Assembly (NCBI GenBank): GCA_004764695.1
Contig: SMSO01000005.1
Span: 1,798,001 to 1,862,000, forward strand
Direction: 5' to 3'
Source of the DNA: Schizochytrium sp. TIO01
Taxonomy: Eukaryota; Protista; Bigyra: Labyrinthulomycetes
Length of the DNA: 64,000 nt
Shown here: positions 47,909 through 60,800 of the stretch, one piece after another
Layout: every line of letters starts with the position of its first letter
Numbering within the stretch: position 1 is the first letter of the stretch
Notes under the pieces: model-generated
Told to the model about the DNA's origin: nothing
Databases searched by the model: none
The model's input: the letters and a program-made list of their open reading frames with translations, nothing else
Position numbers and translations under genes: made by a program

Positions 47909-49325
47909 CTTTGCTTCCGACACAGGCTTGAATAGGGAAGAGTGAATATATCTAGGCAAGACAACTGAAAACCCCTTCGCAACCACGCCAGGTCCAAATC
48001 AAGCCACGGATGACTTAATATCTCAAACCGACGCTTTTGCCAAAATTGTTTTCAATGCTGAATAATCCTCTTGTTCAAGTTACTCTAGACGCTCCTCGAC
48101 GCCTTGGCTCGTTGTACGGTCTCCCTTCCACCGGACGCAGTGGGGTTGAAGTTTTGGCAAGTAATCTGATCCTCAGCATACTAGCTCTATTATAATATAG
48201 TGGATTAGATCCTCCGCCCACTATTCCACAAGTTCCACAAGTTCCTGATGTTCTTGTCTGGAAGGCAGTGTTCTATATGTTCTGACCGCCTCGCCCTACG
48301 TTTGGACTATAGAAAATCATGTATTCTTTTTAATTATAATATACATATAAATTCCCATTTTGTCGGGATAGTCCCATCGTCATGCTAGAGCATCTTGGCC
48401 TATGATAGGTGTCATTTTATTTTAGTGCTTGGGTTCAGATCTAGAAGGCGCAACGCCACCTGCAGTGTTTCACTCTCTGAAAGCCCGAGGGGTCTGCGCA
48501 TTTGTTTGTATTGATAGTCTTGAACACGAGTCGCATCAAAAGCCTCGGTAACCACATTCGTCCTTCACAAAAGAAACCGCGATTCCAAGTTTGTACTTCT
48601 ATCGATATGAATAGATATGGACTAGTACCCAGTTATACTGCCTTATTTAGTGATGAGAATGCAATGCGACGATGATGCACGACGAGAATCAAATAGACGC
48701 TGGCGAATCGATAGAGTTTCAGGCTCGCGCAGCATCCACATGGCCTCTCACATACAGCTTCGACGTTAGAGCCCATCTGCACCGCTGCCAGACCCTGGTA
48801 CTACGGCTTGTTGTGCTGGAAGCGAGCAAGGGCGATTAACCTTGAGTTCCTTTTTTTCGACAACTCCAATAAATATTACTTTAGAAATAAAGCTAAAAAA
48901 CAAGAGAGCATTCGAGATTTACATCAGCGTAAGCTCATTCCACAGCCCAAGACCATCAAAAGTGAGGCATAAGCAGAGCGCATAATCAAGTCTGCAAGTC
49001 TCTTGCTCGCGTTCTTCATGCTCTGCACGGTGCCTGAAATGATTCTATCAATTGAATGCGCTGCGATTACTCGAGGTACTAGGCGCCTGGCTACCTATTA
49101 GTATAGCACTACCAACCTCGTACAATGGCACAGCGACCAAAGAGAGAGAAAAAGGAAAAAAGTACATAGTAATGCTACTATATGATGTAAAGTAAATTTA
49201 ACAATATTTGTTTGTTAATTATTGAGGAATGAAAAACCTCGCAGAGGCAGCCTTCAGAAGCGCAAGTGAGCAAGTCCGCTCGACCGCTGCCACGTCTGGA
49301 GCTGAGCGCTAATCCGAAAACAACG

Positions 49326-52183
49326 ATGGAGGATCAAGTCCCTGCGGCTGGGCCCGGTCCAGCTCGCGAGCAAGCTCTCCAGCGCGATGCCTCCGAGGCC
49401 CTGCTCACCATGGCGGTCCCGGCATTCGTTGTTGCAGAAGCCACCTCTAAGGCCCTGGGAGACACGGAATCCGCGGAATTCCAGCTCCCACAAGCGCAAT
49501 TTGAGGCAAGCTTGGAGCCACTTAGTTCCACAAAAAGTGCTGAAAGCCACATTATGGGTTCTGTAGAGACTTCTGTCGTAAAGCACGAGATTCCCAACGT
49601 TGGTGAGGATGGAAATGCCAAGGGAAATGTCTGCGAGGGTAACGATGGTACTGGAGTTGAACAGGGAAAGACTGTTGTGGATACAAATATGAACATTGAT
49701 AGAGCTGCCAGCGCCAATGTAGGCCAAAATGTCCGAGGAAAATGTATCCTTGAATATTAGTGCAAGTACAAATGCCGTAGAGAACGGCAGTCCTGTTGAC
49801 CATGGCCACTGCCAATGGATGTGCAAAACCCAGTGCCAGTACGATTGAGACAACTAGTTTCAGTGCAACCCCCAGTGTCATTGTAGATGATGTTACAAGT
49901 ACAAACGGGAATGGCAATGGAAATGGAATTCACTCTGTCAAGCTCCGCATCGTGAACCCAGAGCGCCTCGCAGAAGAGGGCAAGCAGGCCTTGACGTCGC
50001 ACGTCGGCTCAGGGGAGGCGCCCTTTCCAGTGCCCATGTATTCACCCCGAATGCTTGCGGAAATGCAAGGTTCACCCAGACCTGTAGGGCTCGGCTCGCC
50101 TCGGATCTCTGGTTCTGCAGGGGGTGCTGTAAGCTTAATTTTTACAGGAAGCACTGACCCCGACGCACAAATGTCCAATGATGAACGTCGCAGAAATGCC
50201 AGAAACGCCAGGAGAGAGATGACGGAACGCCAAGAACTGCCACCAGCAGCGAAAGATCAGATACAACGCAAGACCAAGCTTCACGAGGCCATTTTAGATG
50301 CCGACGAAGATACATTTGACCGCATGCTAGTGGAACTTAACATTGAAGACATTGATGCCTGTGAGCCTGATACTGGATACTCGGCTTTGATGAGCGCAGC
50401 TGCTTGTGAGGACCCTGGAGATGCTGCTAGGCTTGTCGACAAGCTTGTTGAACGTGGTGCACAGGTGCGCACAACCGATGCCGAAGGATTCTCGGCACTA
50501 CAATGGGCAGCAGCTATGGGCAACTGTGCAGCCATGGAGCGTTTACTCGACGCCGGTGCTGACATAGATGGTCAAAGCACAAGCGGTGACACGGCTCTTC
50601 ACAGGGCTGCACGTTTCGGCCGCGAGGAATGCATACGGTCTCTCGTGAGGGTGTATGGTGCAAATGTTAATTTGCGCAATGAAGATGACGAGACACCGCT
50701 CGACGTCGCCGGGTTTGTGTCCGGCAAGAAGCACCCCGTGAGTCGCGTGCGAGCAGCTGCGCGGAAAGCTCTCTTCGAAGCGGATGCTAGCATGAAGACC
50801 CTGGTGTTAATGCACGAGGAGTGTCTTGGTCACAAGACAGCACAAGCTCACCAAGAGGCACCTGAACGCATCTCCGCTATTCTTTCCAAGATTGAGAAAG
50901 GTATCAGCCCGGAGTGTCTGTGCATAACCTCTGACTTTGCACCGGCGTCAAAGTCCCTCTTACGATATGCGCACAATGAAAAGTACATTGACTTTGTTTT
51001 TGACCTCCATGAAAAGGTGGCTAGTCTTGGGAAACCCGTGCCGTTTACTCCTCGTGTCCAGGTAATGAATGGTCTTAACGAGAGCCAGATTAAGGACGAG
51101 GTTGGTTGTGACACCTTTTTCTCTGAAGGTTCATTACCTGCAGCACGTCGTGCTGTTGGTGCTGCGTGCCATGCTGTTGACCAGGTTGTCTCGGGTGCTC
51201 ACCGGAACGCGTTTTGTTTAGTTCGCCCTCCTGGTCATCACGCCGGTGTGAATGGTCTCCTGGACAACGCTGTATCTTGTGGATTTTGCATCTTTAACAA
51301 TGTGGCTATTGGCGCGATGCATGCCCTCACTGCACATAAGGACAAAATTCGTCGTATTGCTATCGTGGATTTTGATGTACACCATGGCAATGGAACCGAA
51401 GAGATTGTACGAACAAAGTTCAAGCGCCCACAAGATATTCTTTTCTTCTCTATTCACCTTTTTGACAAGGCGGAAGACAAAGCGGTGGGTAGTGGCGAAT
51501 TCTATCCTGGTTCAGGAGGTAAAGACGACCCCCTCAGTAACATTATAAATTCTCCCATTGTGCCAATGTGGCGTGTGCCAACAAACCGCACTCGGAGCAA
51601 GAAGCGCCGCATTAATGGCGACAGTGATTCTATGGAGGACGACTCGAGTCATGCACCAGATGTTTGGGACGGCAGTAAGGAGGACGATAGGTCTGCCACC
51701 TCTGCGAAACCTGGGGCCAAAGGAAAGAAGTCTGCGTCTACACAAGATAATCATTCCGCGAACGGCAACTGCTCAGTAAAGTCCCCACCTATGCCTACTG
51801 GTCCAAATTACGGTCGCCAGGCCTTTCGAGATCATGTGCAAACAAGACTAGTACCTGCATTGTACGAATTTGATCCAGACCTAATTTTTGTGTCTGCAGG
51901 TTTTGACGCAGGCAAAAACGACGTAGGTTGTAGTCGAACTGAAGGCGGGAAGTACTGGTCCGGCATCGATCTGGGACCTGAAGACTATTCTTTTGTTACA
52001 GGGGAATTGCAAGTTGTAGCCCGCGCCTGCTGCCAAGGTCGCATCGTTTCTCTTCTTGAGGGCGGCTACGGTCAGTGGATGCGTGAGAAGACTGGCCCTT
52101 CCAGCGAGCGCAAATACATTCTCAATCGCGACCAGCTTGGAGAAAACGCAATGGCTCATGTTAAAGCACTAGTTGACAAGTAG
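49326..52183 (+). CDS. Ankyrin-repeat histone deacetylase (class II/HOS3-like); two apparent +1 frame breaks at 49726-49801
   Basis: Ankyrin repeats (GYSALMSAA, GFSALQWAA, GDTALHRAA, ETPLDVA) and intact HDAC motifs RPPGHHA, GFCIFNNVA, DFDVHHGNGT, SAGFDA, LEGGY. The upstream ORF from the ATG at 49326 probably belongs to the same gene. Confidence 0.9.
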
Positions 52184-54533
52184 ATATATCGAACATGACT
52201 TTTTGAATTGCTCGATTGGAAATATTGGCCCATTATACCACAACACTATCATGTTGTTTCTGGTTATTGGTCAGAGTTTCAAACGAGTTTGGATTTGCTG
52301 TTGCTTCAGAAATTCGCACCTCTGTGGAGCAACAGATTTCTCTGTATTCAAGTTAATATTGCGACACCTCGTTTGTTCTGATGCTAGCGATGGCTTTAAT
52401 GGTTGCTTGCCTGTTTATCTATCAATTTATACGTGCCTGCCCACCTGCTCACCTGCCCGCCTGTTTATGTTTTCCCTTCATTGACCAACGAGTTTCATAT
52501 TTTAGGGGCTGTTTACACGACTGGACATGAAGTTATGGCATAGTTGAATCTCCTTCAGCCCGCCGTTTAGCTAGATCATTTTCTGCCACCTAAATATAGA
52601 CTCTGTGCTTGCTTCTTCCATAGCTTATACAGTGTAAGATGATTGCGAGCACGCAATTCAATTTTCTGTCCATGGTGTTATCCCTTCTTCTTTTGATTGA
52701 ACTACATGGTATGGTCAGAACATTGTTGACATAGAGTCGGATAAATGCACCCTAGAACAAGTCATGAAGTATAATATGCTAAATATTGGGTCTAGCCAAT
52801 TTTAATACTCACCTATGAGGTACTGCAATGATCTCGTCGGAGCAACTGCGCAGCCTTTTGTTTTTTTATGCTACATGACGCAAGTGTTTTGCCCCGGATT
52901 AGACTTCTCTAGAACAGAAAGTACAAAAAATAAACTTAAAGTTTTTAAAAAATCATGGATTTCATGACAGATGTTACAACGCAACTTGCATTTAGATTAG
53001 AGAAGCATGAAAGTGCTAAGTCGGCCACAATTGCTACACAAATTATCCATAGTCTGCTCTTTTTATCATCGTCTTGTCGAGTTTTTCTTTCCCGTTACAT
53101 CGTGCTATTTTTCCGTGTCCTCCGCCGTTTGTCACATTTTTTCTTTGGCCGAAATTTTCTATTCTAGTACATCTTGGGCTTCTGCATCGTGCAAGTGTGT
53201 CAATGGAATAGTACAGAAGAATGTAAGCAGAAAGAAGCAAGCGTAATATCCCATGCACGGGTGCTAATGGAGCTGCTGATAAGCAATATGAACTTTATGT
53301 TGTAAGAATGTGCATTACTTTTTAAGGGTTCCACACCTATTAAAAACCGGTGTTTATTCGCAAAGGCTAACCAGATGGACCGCGTGGTCGTTTGGGTCAG
53401 TTTTTAATTGTTTATAAATTAGCCAGAGCTCACTTACACTTATATTCACATCCAATCGGAAGTGGCAGGACATTGTAATATACAAAATATGCCGTGCTTG
53501 TGCTGCATAGGTAAGCACGTAGGTAGAGATCTCCAAGTTAGAATGTTCATGCTTTCATATTTTAGGTGAATGGGACCACAAACACCATGAGTGCGTTTCA
53601 GCAAAAGTTAGCACTATAGTATCCACTTAATCTTGCATCAGTACCTACCTCACTCCCTAGGAGAACAGCAACCAGGTTTCAATTGTCCTGTTGCCTCAAA
53701 CAAGCCGATTAAATACACGGCAAGTGCTTGTTGCGCATGAGTAATGTTGCCCCAAAACTCGAGCCAACGCCTAGTAGACAGGTACCATACTCTATAGACC
53801 TAGTACGCGATGAGCCTTACGTTAGAGCTAGAGACTTTAGACGATTGGACTTACAATGGGAGTGCTTCTGCGTAATCTAAATAGCCAGCTCGAGTAGACA
53901 TTTCAATTAAACAAACAAGGATGATCGCAGAAAGCCTTGCAAGAGAAACGCTTCCGAGTCCCGCTCCAAAAGGGCCTCCAGCACTGCTCACTGATTTCTA
54001 GTCAGCCTGCTACAGGAGCGTACGGCCACCGTCCTCCTTAGCTATCTCTAGCTAGAGACACCACAATCGTCTCTGCCTGCCTCTACGGGTAGTAGTTACT
54101 CTAGTAGAGTAGGTAGTCACTGAAAACGAGAGAGTACTCCGGCTTTTCCATCTCCGACCCTGGCTGGTTCCGAGTTGGTTCCGCCGGCGCCGAGTTATTT
54201 AGCGTTAGTATGTCGATTGGGTTCTGCGCCTGTTCTGCGGAACTGAAGAAAGGTCCTGGCGAAGAGAGAAGGTTCGTTGGAGAACAGCGAAGCGTTCTCT
54301 CCGTATAAATGAAGGGAGAGAGTTCCTGCTCCATAGTGCGGGCTTGAAAAAGCAGGGGAAGGCAAGTTTGGCGAGGCGAGGCGGTGAGCAGAACCTAAAT
54401 GCAAAAGCTCCCAGGATCCCCGGAACTGGTTGAGACAGAGAGCGTGTTGGAGAAGAGAAGCGTTGTTGTTGAGAAGAGAGATTTGCAGGAAAAGAGTACT
54501 ACTTGTCTGAGTAACGAGAAGAAAAGCGTGAAG

Positions 54534-56616
54534 ATGATTATGGAAAACATGATGAAGTCTTCTAGCTCTCGTGGCGAGAGAACCTGGATGGTTGAGGTGA
54601 ATGATGAGGTTGTGTACTCATTTAGCGTGCAAGATGAATCGATTTGCATGGACAAGGTTCGCGAGCAGGTGCTGCGCGGACTTGGTGAAAATGCGAAGGT
54701 GCCGGATGGCTTTGCCATTCGCACGGGACTGAATAAAGTGACCCCTGTTGAATCTGACGATACTCTGCGTGAAGTCATCGCGGGTCTCCCCAACTTTACG
54801 GTGATTGTACCGGTCTATACGGCGGAGACTACGCAGGCGCAGCAGCAACTAGAGGACGAGGCTGAATTGGTCTCTAAAGTTGCTGCGTTTGACCTTGACG
54901 AAGAGATGTCCTCTTCTTCGTGCTCGGATGACGAGGATGAAGAAGATGAAATTGCTAACGACGACGACGATGATGATGACGATGACGACGACGACGAAGA
55001 TTGTGAGGACCAGGAGGAGAATCGTGTAGATGCCTCTGAGATTGAGTTCGAGGACGAGCGGGCTAAGAGTATAATTGCTGCTCTTGCCGAGCGTGATTCC
55101 TCGGTTAAATGTCGAGGAAACGCTTGCCAAGTTCGAGAGTATTTTCCCCGACTCCGCAACCAAGGTTGGATTTCTCCTTTTTGCGTCAAACCAAAAGGAA
55201 AAGCGCCTTGCCAAGATCGGGCTCGATGTAGCTGCTGCGAAAAAGGTGTCTCGTGATGAGGCCCTTGCTTTCGAATATGAAATTCTCGCAAAGCTTTCGC
55301 CGACCGAGGTTGCTATTGCACTCCTGAATTATCGCATCAAGCCTGGTAAGCTCTTGAAGTCTGGTCTTGGCCGCCTCGGGTATACAATGAAGCTCGCTAA
55401 GAAGGCATTCAAGGGTGGTCCTTACGGTGTGAAGGCCCACAAGAAGATGATGAAGAAGGCCCACAAGGCGCACAAGAAGATGGAAGGAGGCAAGCATATG
55501 CGTCCTGACCATCCTTGGGCACATGGGCCTGGTGGGCACCACGGTCATCATCACGGTCGTCATGGACTAGGTGGTGGGTTTCGAGGTGGTCGCCACGGTG
55601 GATTCGGTGGTCATGTACCTTTTGAAGGTCCAGAAGGTGCCCCCCACCACGGAGGCCCCCACCACGGAGGCCCCCACCACGGAGGCCCCCACCACGGAGG
55701 CCCCCACCACGGAGGCCCCCGCCATGGTGGTCGCATGCATTTTGGCGGTGGTCCTCTTGGTATGATGGGTCACCCTGGCTGCCCTCCTCCTCCTCCTCCC
55801 TTTGAGCATCAGCATAGTGAAGCTCGCATGCCTGTGGATAGTGAAGTCCACGGAGGACCTGCTGCTGGTTTTGGTGGCTGGGCCCCTCATATGGGCCGTG
55901 GCGGTCGTGGCGGTCGCGGTCGCGCGGGCTTTGGCGGACGGGGTGGACACATGTTTCATCCCGGTTTTATGGCTGGCCCTTTTGCTCCTCCTCCCCCGAA
56001 GAATCACAATGGGGAAAGCAGCAGTGACGATGAGGGCGAGAACGAGAAGTTTTCTGGCGCTGGCCACTTTGGTCTGCCTGGACACTGGGGCGGTATGATG
56101 TGGCATGGTGGACATCATGGACATCATGGCCGTGGCCCTCGTCACGCTCACCATGGAGGACTTGGCTTTGGAGGTGGTCCTGGCCGTTGTCACATGCGGG
56201 GAATGCGTAATCACCCTGGTTGCATGAAAAAACTTGCTCGCTTCGTGGCGCACAAGTCTATTCCTGACGGGATGAAGATTCGTGGCTTGACGACTTTCGA
56301 AAAGAAATGGCGTATCCGCAACGATAGTGAAGTTGCCTGGGCAGGTCCTGCATCCCTTGTCAACGCTCGTGGTGGGGACAATCTTTCTATGAAAGACACG
56401 AAATCTACTTTGGTTGGTCCTCTCCAACCTGGGGAGGAGATTGAGGTTGAAATTGGACCTCTTCAAGCCCCTGAGAAGCCTGGTCTTTACAAGGCGTTTT
56501 TTCGTCTGCAAGGTGATGATGGTCGTTTCGGCCAGCGTCTCTGGTGCGAAATTTTCGTTCCCGAAAGCAATGAAGACGTACTCGCGATTGCAACTGAAGA
56601 AGCCAAGGAACAGTGA
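54534..56616 (+). CDS. NBR1/ILRUN-like FW-domain protein with acidic tract and His/Gly/RGG-rich region; frame break near 55107
   Basis: C-terminal FW domain (ARFVAHKSIPDG...FEKKWRIRND...W...LQPGEE...APEKPGLY...FGQRLWCEIFV). The N-terminus may be PB1-like (VESDDTLREVI). The ORFs 54399-55256 and 55075-56616 overlap. Confidence 0.78.
55642..55716 (+). repeat. 15-bp coding tandem repeat (CCCCACCACGGAGGC)5 encoding (PHHGG)5
   Basis: Five perfect copies, followed by a degenerate PRHGG. Confidence 0.95.
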
Positions 56617-57028
56617 ATCATCCGTCTCAGCAAAATACCTTTACATTGAATTTTCTTCAAACCAAATGAGTCAACACTCAATCATTAGCAAATTATCCTC
56701 TTAAAAGCGATGTCCATCCCGCGTTCTAAAAACTTAAAAAAAAAAACCATATTCTTTCTTAAAATTATAAAAATCATTCTCGTATTTTCATTATGTCATT
56801 CTTATGAATCCTTCTAACTATGTAACATTCTATGTTACTTCCTTAATATACTGCTCTACTACTTAGTACTACTCTATTGGATGTACTCTAGTTTTCATTA
56901 GATAAAGAGGCTTGAAGTTTCGCACGGCGTCCTACTCCTGTTGACCCCTCTCGCTAGAAAGAAACAAACAAAACGAAGTCGGCAGGATCGCGGGTACATC
57001 CAAAGTCCATCGGAAACGTACATTAAAG

Positions 57029-57853
57029 ATGTCAATGCTTCTCAGTGGCAAGCGCGGCTTTGTGGTGGGGGTCTCAAACGCAAGATCCATCGGCTGGGCG
57101 GTTGCAAAGAGCTGGGCAGAGCATGGCGCAGAGCTAATAATCGGCGTGGAGAGCAGCAGGTTTGTTGACAAAGTTCGTAAACTAGTCGAGACTGAGCTTA
57201 GTGAATCCCGTGTTCAAGTTGTGGAATGCAACTTGGATGATGATAAATCTTTGGAAGCGCTAGGTCCGGAGATCCAACATCTATGGCCGGAGGAAAGCCT
57301 AGACATGGCCTGCCATGCAGTTGCTTTTGCGCCAAAAACTGCTTTGCACAATCGATTTGTAAAACTTTCTCGCGAAGACTTTGCGAGGACTATGCAAACA
57401 AGCGTGTATAGCTTTATTGGACTTGCTCGAACCCTAGAGCCCTTGATGGCCCGTCCCAACAACCAGCCGAGTGCAAGCTTAATGACACTGACATTTGATG
57501 GCTCTCAGCGTGCGGTCCCTGGCTATGGTATCATGGGCCCAGCTAAAGGTGCTTTAGAAAGTACTTGCAAATATCTGGCAGCCGATCTCGGTGTTCAGAG
57601 TAACATCAGAGTGAATGCGATCAGCGCTGGCCCACTCAACACCTTGGCTGCTCGCGGTTTGCCCCGATTTCACGATCTTAAGGATCGAGCAAGTAGTCGT
57701 CAGACTCTTCCTCAAGATTTAACATCTGATGATGTTGGTCAGTTGGCTGCTTTCTTGGCAAGTGACATGGCCGCCCGAATTTCCGGTCAGACTCTCTTTG
57801 TAGATGGTGGTGCATCAAGTCAGGCATTTAGCAACGACCCGGAGAATCCTTAG
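57029..57853 (+). CDS. fabI: Enoyl-[ACP] reductase, FabI type
   Basis: Motifs LSGKRGFVVGVSNARSIGWAVAK, HAVAFAP, SVYSF, YGIMGPAKGALES, IRVNAISAGPLNTLAARG, ISGQTLFVDGG. Confidence 0.9.
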   Translation: MSMLLSGKRGFVVGVSNARSIGWAVAKSWAEHGAELIIGVESSRFVDKVRKLVETELSESRVQVVECNLDDDKSLEALGPEIQHLWPEESLDMACHAVAFAPKTALHNRFVKLSREDFARTMQTSVYSFIGLARTLEPLMARPNNQPSASLMTLTFDGSQRAVPGYGIMGPAKGALESTCKYLAADLGVQSNIRVNAISAGPLNTLAARGLPRFHDLKDRASSRQTLPQDLTSDDVGQLAAFLASDMAARISGQTLFVDGGASSQAFSNDPENP

Positions 57854-60800
57854 ATAATTATTGACCTCCTTTCTGTGAAAAATACGCAATATAATACTGG
57901 AGGAGATATATTTCCATTCACATTAAAAAGCTACAATACAAATTTATTTCATATGTACATCATTGTTTGTGGGGCAAGTACGATTTCAGCATCGGTCTAC
58001 ACAGCAGTCTGTACTATCCAATTTACACAACCAGTCATCAAAGATGTTATAGTATAAATTGAGCTATACGTTTTGCAAGCGGACGTTACAAACCTATGAT
58101 TCCCCAGCCAAGTACTCTCTAGGAACTTTAAGTAACATAACTCTTGTTCATATTAAAGTCGTTAGAAAATACGCTATGACCCAATCAAGTTGTTTGCCAT
58201 TTATTTGACGAGGAAGCCTCTTCTCTAAGCAGTGCCTCTGCTCGCTTGCTTATTCTATACATATGCACCTTCTCTGAGAATCTGGATTTTAAAACGCTAT
58301 TGTTATTTATTATTTTATTATAGACATTTTCTGACCCGAGTAATGACTTTTACATCGGTCTAAATTTCTAGATCACTTTGAACACTTTTGAAGAGCTACA
58401 CTGCTACATAGTTTGCTCGATTGACCAAGGTGAGTACAAGTGCAACAGCACTTCCGATGCCCAAAGCGTTGTAAGATGTACCGAATTGAAGTTTATTCGT
58501 TGCAACTATCAAGTAGACAAGAACTACCCTGCCGTTTTTTTGTTATTTTATATAGTTGGAAGCAGAAATCGATACATCGAAATTCTTTGATATCCCGAGT
58601 TCAAGAAAATCTGATGCGCTGCCCAATGTTTATAGTTAGTAATATTGGTACCTACTACGTACAACAGTGTAGCGAGGCATTTTCGGGCGCGTCGGTTTCA
58701 CGTGCTGCAGAAGTAAGTTAAATGAAGGGCGTCGCTTTATTTTCATAATTTGTATGTTCAAGAATGCCAACGTTTAAATCAAGTCAAGTATGATACTGGG
58801 GAATGTAGCATGCCAACCATGCACTGTGTTTGACTCTGGCATTCCTCAATCATCACAGAGGTTTTTCTAACAGATAATGGTTATACTTATATAAGTTCTT
58901 TTTAATGTTTCTAAGAACGAGTATGTGGATAGTTCAAATTTTAAAAATAAGTTGTTTTTATTATTTTTTGTTTTTTCTCTGAATGAATGAATGAAAATGA
59001 AATTGCCATGAAAGAATCTTTTCCTGGCAGGTACAACCTTTTCAACTGAGGGAGTCCATTAGGTTTGGCTTTGGCCAGACAATCATGAGCATTGCTTGAG
59101 GTTCCTTAGCACTCGTACGAAGGCTTGGTAGCCGCAGTACGGCCACTCCGTTTTCTGAATCGACCAATTAATGTGCTTACTTGCGTGAAGTAAGTTTGCT
59201 TCGCTGTCACTCTAAAACAGCTGAAATACCTCCCTCTCAATCTGTGCAGTTTGCTTTTTAATATCCTTGCTATTGATTCATAACCCCGCCAGTTGTTCTC
59301 TGTCAATATCAATAAAAATCAAATTGTTAATGAACCTTGGACTGGCAACTCTTTTAGTAGAAGTCGAGCTTCGCCGAGAGGGCACAGCCTGACTGGCCCA
59401 TGACTTATCGTTTTCGTGACTGCCTTGTCGCCCTTTATCAGTATCTAATCAAGAAGGGAAATTTCAATTTGAAATGTTTTACAAGGAGTATGGAGTAGAA
59501 TAGTACTGGGTGGACTTTTTCGGGGTGCTTAGACAGATTGCGGAAAAGGAGAGAAAGAGAGAGAGAGACTAGCGGTTTGGTTTGCTCTAATAACCAAAAC
59601 CTAATGTCTTCGATTTATCACGTCTTTTTAAGTATTATACGATGGTTCTTATTTTAAAAAGAAAAATTAAAAAAAAATCTTAATTTGTTTTTCGAATCGG
59701 GAACCTACATAGCGCTAGCACCATCTAGTTAAATTTTTGTTTTCCATGTTGTACGATGAAAAAATTGATTTTGAAAATTGGCAAAAGCAGAGAAAATAGT
59801 CTCGAACCATATACATAATGATTAGCGTTTCTTTTTACTTTTCTTTTTTAGAATGTAATTTATAATGATATGATAATGATAGTAAGAGAACAAGTTCTCC
59901 TCATCTTTAATTTACAGGGATTTGTATCGATTCACCATATGCTCACCGCCAAGAGGTACATTTCCCAAATGGTAAATAAATGCCTCTTCCCTAATGATTT
60001 CTTTCCTCTTCGAAGAACGGCCTCGTTGGCGAGCTATCAAACTTCCATTGCCAATTACTCCCTAGACCGTTTGCAAACCTTTGATTTAATTTGAAAATAA
60101 AAGGGAGAAAAGCTAGTAGTAGGTATGTAGTCAGTAGAGTATTATTAAAAAGAAACCATTATACTTTTCCATTTATACTAAAGGAGTAGGGAGGGCGCCG
60201 TTCTATCATCTAAAGTACGATAAGCCAAAGCAAATCGGTGTAGTGCCAGCATAGGTAGGTTGTTCGAACCCAAAGAGCTGGGATGCTTCAAGGTTTCGTT
60301 TTGAAACTCAAGCGTTCCCTTGATGCAAGCATTTGGCTGAAAAACATCGTTAAGAGGCAAGGTGAGCAGAGTCGCTGTCACATCGCACTTAAAATGACAT
60401 TTGCAGCAGCGCGACCTATCTGAGACGCTCCATGATGGATACCGAATCACCTCATCACACCTCAATAAAACAATTCAACTACTGGTAACCATAGTAGGTA
60501 GGTAGGTGGAAAGGTAGGTAGCACCCCAGTTACGCCATGACTGGCTTCAAAGTCTTCTCATTCCTTTTCCCACTTCTTTTTCTCCTTGATTCCTTTTATT
60601 TTGCGTGGTTCTACCTATAGGCCAGGTTATTTCTGCCATCCAGACTTCTTGGCATTAGAAAGTCTCTTCAGGATGGACGGGAGTCATGCTCGCTGGCAAC
60701 AAGTGGTATAAAGATGAAAAGGAGGTTATGCACGTAGCAAAGCTGGCCATAAGCACATCATGGAGTTGTCTTGCAAGACTGAGCCATAGAAAGGATGCCT

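Noticed and set aside
49796-52183. Ankyrin-HDAC fusion as a novelty
   Set aside because: To my knowledge this architecture is already described in stramenopiles and alveolates.
52944-53196. Minus-strand protein-like frame interrupted by stops that could arise from C-to-T changes
   Set aside because: No identifiable parent gene, so it is too weak to call a pseudogene.
55567-56511. 314-aa antisense ORF and the alternative-frame (PTTEA)n mucin-like repeat ORF at 55571-55765
   Set aside because: By-products of the 15-bp repeat and codon bias. The frame containing the FW domain is the credible one.
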